From: Candidatus Iainarchaeum sp.
Lineage (GTDB): Archaea > Iainarchaeota > Iainarchaeia > Iainarchaeales > GCA-2688035
Reading direction: 5' to 3'
DNA: 10,258 bases
Assembly (NCBI GenBank): GCA_028713935.1
Contig: JAQTNI010000042.1
Coordinates: 1 to 10,258, forward strand
Each line of letters opens with the position of its first letter. Positions within the stretch are counted from its first letter, which is position 1. The notes under the pieces are model-generated. The model was not told where the DNA came from. It made no database searches and saw only the letters and a list, made by a program, of their open reading frames with translations. Positions 6,256 through 10,258 of this stretch are shown in pieces. Both the position numbers and the translations under genes were made by a program.

Positions 6256-9006
6256 TTAAATACTTTTCTCTGATGCTTTTGGATTCACTGATTTAAGTGG
6301 CTTTTCCAAAAAAGGGATTATAAGAGAGGGCATTGCAAGCATTATCACAATTGCCCAGCTTGTTGGGGCTAATGAAACAGTTCCCAATGCAATCTGCAAT
6401 TGTGGAATTGTTGTTGCAAGTGCAAGCGCTGCAAGCGAGGCAATTGTTGCAAGCACAAGGCTTTTGTTTCCAAAGGGGCTTATCTGGAAAGCATTTTTTT
6501 CGCTTCTGCAGTTGAAAGCCAGGATTGTTTCAAACAAAATTATTGTTGCAAAAGCCATTGTCATTCCTGTTTTTTCGCTTTCAGAAAAGCCGATTGCAAA
6601 TGCTGCAAGGGAAACAATTGCCCCCACAATTCCTGAAACAATAATGAAAGGAATTGCATTGTCAAGCACTCCTGTTTTTTTCTTTCTTGGCTGTTGCTGC
6701 ATTAATTCTTTGCCTGCTGGTTCGTTTCCAAGTGCTATTGCAGGCAGGCCGTCTGTTATCAGATTAATGAATAATAATTGCACTGGCGCAAGTGGAAGAG
6801 CCCAGCTTGGCTTGCCCAGAACAAAAGCAAAAATAATTGCCATTAAAATAAGCAGGACTTCCGCTGCATTTGCGCCTAACAGGTATTTTACAAAATTCCT
6901 TATGTTTGCAAAAACCCTTCTTCCTTCGCGCACAGCGGAAACAATTGTTGCAAAATTGTCGTCCAGAACAATCATATCCGCTGCTTCCTTGCTTACTTCT
7001 GTGCCAGTAATTCCCATTGCCACTCCTATATCTGCTTTTTTCAGTGCAGGCGCATCGTTTATGCCATCACCTGTCATTGCAACAACACTGCCTTTTTTCT
7101 GCAGCGCATTTACTATTGCAAGCTTGTGCTCAGGATTGACTCTTGCAAAAACACTGATTTTTTCTATTTTTTGTTCAAGCTCTTCTTCGCTCATTTCTTC
7201 AAGGTCTTTTCCAGTTATTGCAATTCCGCCTTCTTTCATTATGCCAAGCTGTTTTGCAACAGCAATTGCCGTCAGCAGGTGATCTCCTGTAATCATTTTT
7301 ACTTCAATGCCTGCTTTCTGGCACAATTGGATTGCGTCAAGCGCCTCTTTTCTCGGCGCATCAATCATTGCAGTCATTCCCAAAAAAACAAGTTCAGATT
7401 CAATGTTTTCCATTTCCCCTCTTTTCCTAGGGCTTTTCTCTTCAGAGAAAAGGCCTTTGAATGCAAATCCCAGTACCCTGTAGCCTTTTTCGGCAAGCTC
7501 GTTGTTTTTTGCAATTAAATTTTCATACTCTTTTTTTTCCAGTTTTTTTTCTTTTCCCTGGGCAAAAATTTTTGTGCTTTTTTCAAGCAGGGATTCAACG
7601 CTTCCCTTGCAGAAAACAATTGTGCTGTTTTCCCTGCCAGCAAAAACAACGCTCATCATTTTTCTCTGGGAATCAAAAGGCTTTTCGCTCAGGAATTCAA
7701 ATTGTTTTTCAAGCTCTTTTTTTTCAATTCCCGCTTTTTTTGCAGTTGCAAGCAATGCTATTTCAGTCGGGTCTCCTGTTGAATCGTTTTCATAAAAACT
7801 CGCATTGTTGCACAAAGCGCTGTTCTGGAGAAGCAGCTCCAGTTCTTTTTCTTTTTCAAGGCGGGCTTCTTTTTTTTCAAAAAAAATTTTTCCTTCGGCA
7901 TTGAAGCCTGAGCCGCTCACGTCAAACAATTTTCCGTTGCAAAAAATTTTTTCAACAGTAAGCTCGTTTTTTGTCAGGGTGCCTGTTTTGTCTGAGCAGA
8001 TTACGCTTGTGCTGCCAAGTGTTTCAACTGCTGACATTTTCCGCATCAGGGCATTTTTTCCGGCCATTATTTTCATTCCAAGCGCAAGAGTAATTGTAAC
8101 CACTGCAGTCAGCCCTTCAGGAACAGCTGCGACTGAAAGGCTTACCGCAGTGAAAAACATGAGTTTCAATTCATTGCCTGAAAAAATCCCTGCAACAAAA
8201 ATCACAATGCAAATTGCAATTACTGCTATTCCGAGTTTTTTTCCAAAAGCATCAATGTTTTTTTCCAGGGGAGTTTTTTCCTTTTCAATTGCCTTGATTA
8301 GCCAGCTTATTTTTCCAAATTCTGTTTTCATGCCTGTTTCAGCCACAATTGCTTTTCCCCTTCCATAAACAATTGTTGTATTTGCAAAAACAATGTTTTT
8401 CCTGTCAGCAACCTGGGTGCCCGCGCTTAATTTTTCAGGGTGTTTTTCAACAGGGTTGCTTTCACCGCTCAGTGCAGATTCGTCCGCCTTAAGGTTCACT
8501 GAACTTATTATGCGCGCATCAGCAGGAACCTTGTCTCCTTCGCGCAGAATTACAATGTCGCCCGGCACCAATTCGCTTGAATCAATTGAATGCTCTTTTC
8601 CGTTCCTGATTACTGTTGCTTTTGTCGAGGCAAGCTTTTGCAGCGCTTCCATTGCCTTTTCAGCCTTGAATTCCTGCCGAAAGCCAAGCACCGCATTGAG
8701 GATTATTATTGCAACAATTACAATTGCGTCTATTTTTGCTTCGTCCCCGATAAAAAAAGAAATTATTGCAGCCGCAATAAGAAGCCAGACAAGGAAACTT
8801 GAAAACTGGTTCAGCAGGATTTTTAGCATGCCTGTAGAGCTTTTTTTTTCCAGCCTGTTTTTTCCGAATTCAACAAGCCTTTTCTGCGCCTCTTCCTCAC
8901 TCAGCCCGCTTTCCTGGTTCGAGCCAAGCCTTTGCACTGCTTCAAGGCTTTCAAGGGCATGCCAGGCATTGCCGGCTGCATTGCTGTTTCCTTCATTATA
9001 CTGCAT
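6256..9006 (-). CDS. Cation-transporting P-type ATPase, P2 (SERCA/PMCA-like, probably Ca2+) subfamily
   Basis: Phosphorylation motif DKTGT encoded at 7978-7992 (CSDKTGTLTKN). TM4 PEGL at 8110-8121. Hinge TGDGINDAPALKKADIGVAMG. MITGDH. TM5 GANAAEV and TM6 INLITDGLPA carry the Asn/Glu and Asn/Thr/Asp positions used for Ca2+ coordination in SERCA-type pumps. The N-terminus has the usual WH...S.EAV...L......GLS..EA..RL..FG.N pattern. The longest ORF starts at 9060, 3 nt after the GNAT stop. I prefer ATG 9006 (MQYNEGN...) because AGGA lies 6 nt upstream and TATA-like runs occupy the 9007-9060 stretch. Either start is possible. Confidence 0.85.
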   Translation of the reverse strand: MQYNEGNSNAAGNAWHALESLEAVQRLGSNQESGLSEEEAQKRLVEFGKNRLEKKSSTGMLKILLNQFSSFLVWLLIAAAIISFFIGDEAKIDAIVIVAIIILNAVLGFRQEFKAEKAMEALQKLASTKATVIRNGKEHSIDSSELVPGDIVILREGDKVPADARIISSVNLKADESALSGESNPVEKHPEKLSAGTQVADRKNIVFANTTIVYGRGKAIVAETGMKTEFGKISWLIKAIEKEKTPLEKNIDAFGKKLGIAVIAICIVIFVAGIFSGNELKLMFFTAVSLSVAAVPEGLTAVVTITLALGMKIMAGKNALMRKMSAVETLGSTSVICSDKTGTLTKNELTVEKIFCNGKLFDVSGSGFNAEGKIFFEKKEARLEKEKELELLLQNSALCNNASFYENDSTGDPTEIALLATAKKAGIEKKELEKQFEFLSEKPFDSQRKMMSVVFAGRENSTIVFCKGSVESLLEKSTKIFAQGKEKKLEKKEYENLIAKNNELAEKGYRVLGFAFKGLFSEEKSPRKRGEMENIESELVFLGMTAMIDAPRKEALDAIQLCQKAGIEVKMITGDHLLTAIAVAKQLGIMKEGGIAITGKDLEEMSEEELEQKIEKISVFARVNPEHKLAIVNALQKKGSVVAMTGDGINDAPALKKADIGVAMGITGTEVSKEAADMIVLDDNFATIVSAVREGRRVFANIRNFVKYLLGANAAEVLLILMAIIFAFVLGKPSWALPLAPVQLLFINLITDGLPAIALGNEPAGKELMQQQPRKKKTGVLDNAIPFIIVSGIVGAIVSLAAFAIGFSESEKTGMTMAFATIILFETILAFNCRSEKNAFQISPFGNKSLVLATIASLAALALATTIPQLQIALGTVSLAPTSWAIVIMLAMPSLIIPFLEKPLKSVNPKASEKSI

Positions 9007-9063
9007 GATTTTTCCTTTATAAAATAAGGTTTTGAATTTTAAATACTTAATGTGTTTCATGCC

Positions 9064-9531
9064 TTATTTCAGGTAATAAGCCAAAAGCTTTTCATTGAGG
9101 AGTTTTCCGTTCTGCAAAAAATTTTTTTTCCTTTCACCTTCAACTTCAAAGCCGGATTTTGAATAAAAATCCAGCAATTCAGAGTTGTTTTCAACTGCGC
9201 TTGCTTCAATTTTTTGCTTGGCAGGGTGCCTTTTTCCGAGTTCTTTCAAAAGAATTTCCAAAACAATTTTTTGCTGCAATTGCGGCTTTGCAACCAGAGT
9301 GCAGAGTTCCAGCACATGGGCTTTTTTTCCGGAATGGTCTGCATATCTTGCAAACCCGACAATTTTGTTGTTTTGTTCAGCAACAAGCGTGTTTCTCCAA
9401 TAATTTTGCCATTCAATCAGCATTTCCCTTGCAGAAGCGTTCCGCCCTGTTTCAACAAAGTCATTCAATTTCGGGCTCAGCAATATTCCAAATACCTGTT
9501 TGTAGTCTTCAAACTTTGCGTTTCTAATCAT
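9064..9531 (-). CDS. GNAT-fold (N-acetyltransferase family) protein with a degenerate CoA pyrophosphate-binding motif
   Basis: 155-aa ORF. N-terminal IRNAKFEDYKQV and C-terminal NSELLDFYSKSGFEVEGERKKNFLQNGKLLNEKLLAYYL follow the usual GNAT beta-strand and helix pattern. GGGTG Shine-Dalgarno at 9537-9541, 5 nt upstream of the ATG. The expected R/Q-x-x-G-x-G/A loop reads QQKIVL. Confidence 0.6.
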   Translation of the reverse strand: MIRNAKFEDYKQVFGILLSPKLNDFVETGRNASAREMLIEWQNYWRNTLVAEQNNKIVGFARYADHSGKKAHVLELCTLVAKPQLQQKIVLEILLKELGKRHPAKQKIEASAVENNSELLDFYSKSGFEVEGERKKNFLQNGKLLNEKLLAYYLK

Positions 9532-9595
9532 GGCAACACCCTTGCAATGCCCATATTTGCCAATAGTTTTTTTTAAAATCCGCCAAATTTTTTTT

Positions 9596-9961
9596 TCAGG
9601 CCTGCAAATCCAGGCTAAGCGGCTTTTCTTCTGGAAAAGAAGTCTTGCTGCCCTGCCCTGTTTCCTTGAGTTTTTCTTTCATTTCTTTGTCAACGTTTTT
9701 CAGGAGATCGTCAAAATTTTTTTTGTTTTTGCCAATGCTTTGGTTCATTGCTTTTTTGTATTGTTCCCAGAATTCCAGGGGAGTGATTTTTTTCATGAAA
9801 AGGGTTTTTTTCAGCGCCAATATTTCCTTTCTGAATGCGCTGTCCACAATCATTTGTTCCCTTGCAATTTCCTTTATTTTGGCAGTGTCAGTAAAAAATT
9901 TTTGGGTTTCTTCCGCTGTATTTTTTGAAAAGATATCGCTGAATAAGCCGAAGGCAAGCAT
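9596..9961 (-). CDS. Hypothetical small, Lys/Glu-rich, predicted all-helical protein
   Basis: 121-aa ORF on the same strand as all neighbours. Codon and amino-acid composition match the neighbouring genes. AGTGA lies 7 nt upstream of ATG 9961. No motif recognised. No TM segment or signal peptide. Confidence 0.5.
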   Translation of the reverse strand: MLAFGLFSDIFSKNTAEETQKFFTDTAKIKEIAREQMIVDSAFRKEILALKKTLFMKKITPLEFWEQYKKAMNQSIGKNKKNFDDLLKNVDKEMKEKLKETGQGSKTSFPEEKPLSLDLQA

Positions 9962-10065
9962 TTTGAATCACTTTTTATTGTAGTCCTAAAGTATATGGTT
10001 GTTTTTTGTAAACTTTTCGGAAACACGGCAATAATCGAGTGCTCCAAAAAAGTTTTTTTATAAAA

Positions 10066-10088
10066 AGATTTTAAGATTTTTAAAATCT
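10066..10088. repeat. Nested direct and inverted repeat AGATTTT-AA-GATTTT-T-AAAATCT in the divergent spacer
   Basis: AGATTTT occurs at 10066-10072 and 10074-10080. Its reverse complement AAAATCT is at 10082-10088, so 10074-10088 is a 7-bp-arm palindrome with a 1-nt centre. It sits in the longest non-coding stretch of the window (9962-10246). Confidence 0.35.
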
Positions 10089-10246
10089 AACACCGTACTG
10101 TTAAAAAACCTATTCCCTTTTTTTTTGCAACATAAAAAAATTCTGGATATTGCATAACTTTTTTGGGATTTGTTATCAAAAATTGCCAAAAATTTAAAAA
10201 CAATATTTATATATTAGTTGAACAGTAATAACTATTTGAATTTGTT

Positions 10247-10258
10247 ATGGCAAATACC
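10247..10258 (+). CDS. Possible 5' end of a plus-strand gene (MANT...) running off the right edge
   Basis: ATG at 10247 follows a 285-bp AT-rich spacer. A TTTATATA box (10206-10213) lies about 34 nt upstream. Only 4 codons are visible, so this is very tentative. Confidence 0.2.

Noticed and set aside
6464-7282. Long plus-strand ORFs opposite the real genes. Examples: 6464..7282 (272 aa), 8393..9022 (209 aa), 2750..3322 (190 aa), 7805..8368 (187 aa), 7461..7904, 1846..2241, 3904..4296.
   Set aside because: They lie fully inside, and antisense to, minus-strand ORFs that carry unambiguous catalytic motifs. Their translations are low-complexity Phe/Ser/Cys/Leu-rich strings with no motifs and no RBS. 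They look like shadow ORFs produced by the A/G-rich codon bias of the true coding strand.
9995-10063. 22-codon plus-strand sORF (MVVFCKLFGNTAIIECSKKVFL) in the long spacer.
   Set aside because: No RBS and no recognisable peptide features. An ORF of this length is expected by chance, and it overlaps the likely promoter region of the 121-aa gene.
10168-10248. Direct 9-mer repeat ATTTGTTAT at 10168-10176 and 10240-10248.
   Set aside because: It is a short AT-only word in an AT-rich 285-bp spacer, so a single repeat of this length is about what chance predicts.
1-10258. Looked for CRISPR repeats, rRNA or tRNA genes, transposase or integrase genes, terminal inverted repeats, and toxin-antitoxin or defence-type gene pairs.
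   Set aside because: No regularly spaced direct repeats, no structured-RNA signatures and no recombinase-like ORFs were found on either strand. The window is essentially filled by the eight minus-strand genes.

Overview
AT-rich, gene-dense window. All eight recognisable genes are on the minus strand, with short spacers and GGAGG/GGTG-type ribosome-binding sites. In minus-strand transcription order (right to left): a 121-aa helical hypothetical protein, a small GNAT-fold protein, a P2-type (Ca2+-like) P-type ATPase, a ~757-aa sequon-rich cell-surface protein (Sec signal peptide, C-terminal TM anchor), a tightly coupled three-gene type IV filament assembly core, and a PAC2 (proteasome-assembly-chaperone family) gene that runs off the left edge. 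The filament core is a FlaI/TadA-family ATPase plus two separate single-domain T2SSF platform proteins, in tadA-tadB-tadC order. The PAC2 gene, FlaI-like ATPase, about 20 N-glycosylation sequons, oligo-T tracts after genes and TATA-like boxes suggest a small-genome, DPANN-like archaeon. That origin is an inference; nothing here was searched against a database. No rRNA, tRNA, CRISPR array or mobile element was seen. Best candidate for something new: the surface protein and the pilin-less split-platform filament core sit next to each other, separated by a spacer holding a GC-rich perfect palindrome and hairpin. All family assignments rest on motifs read by eye and need HMM or structure confirmation.
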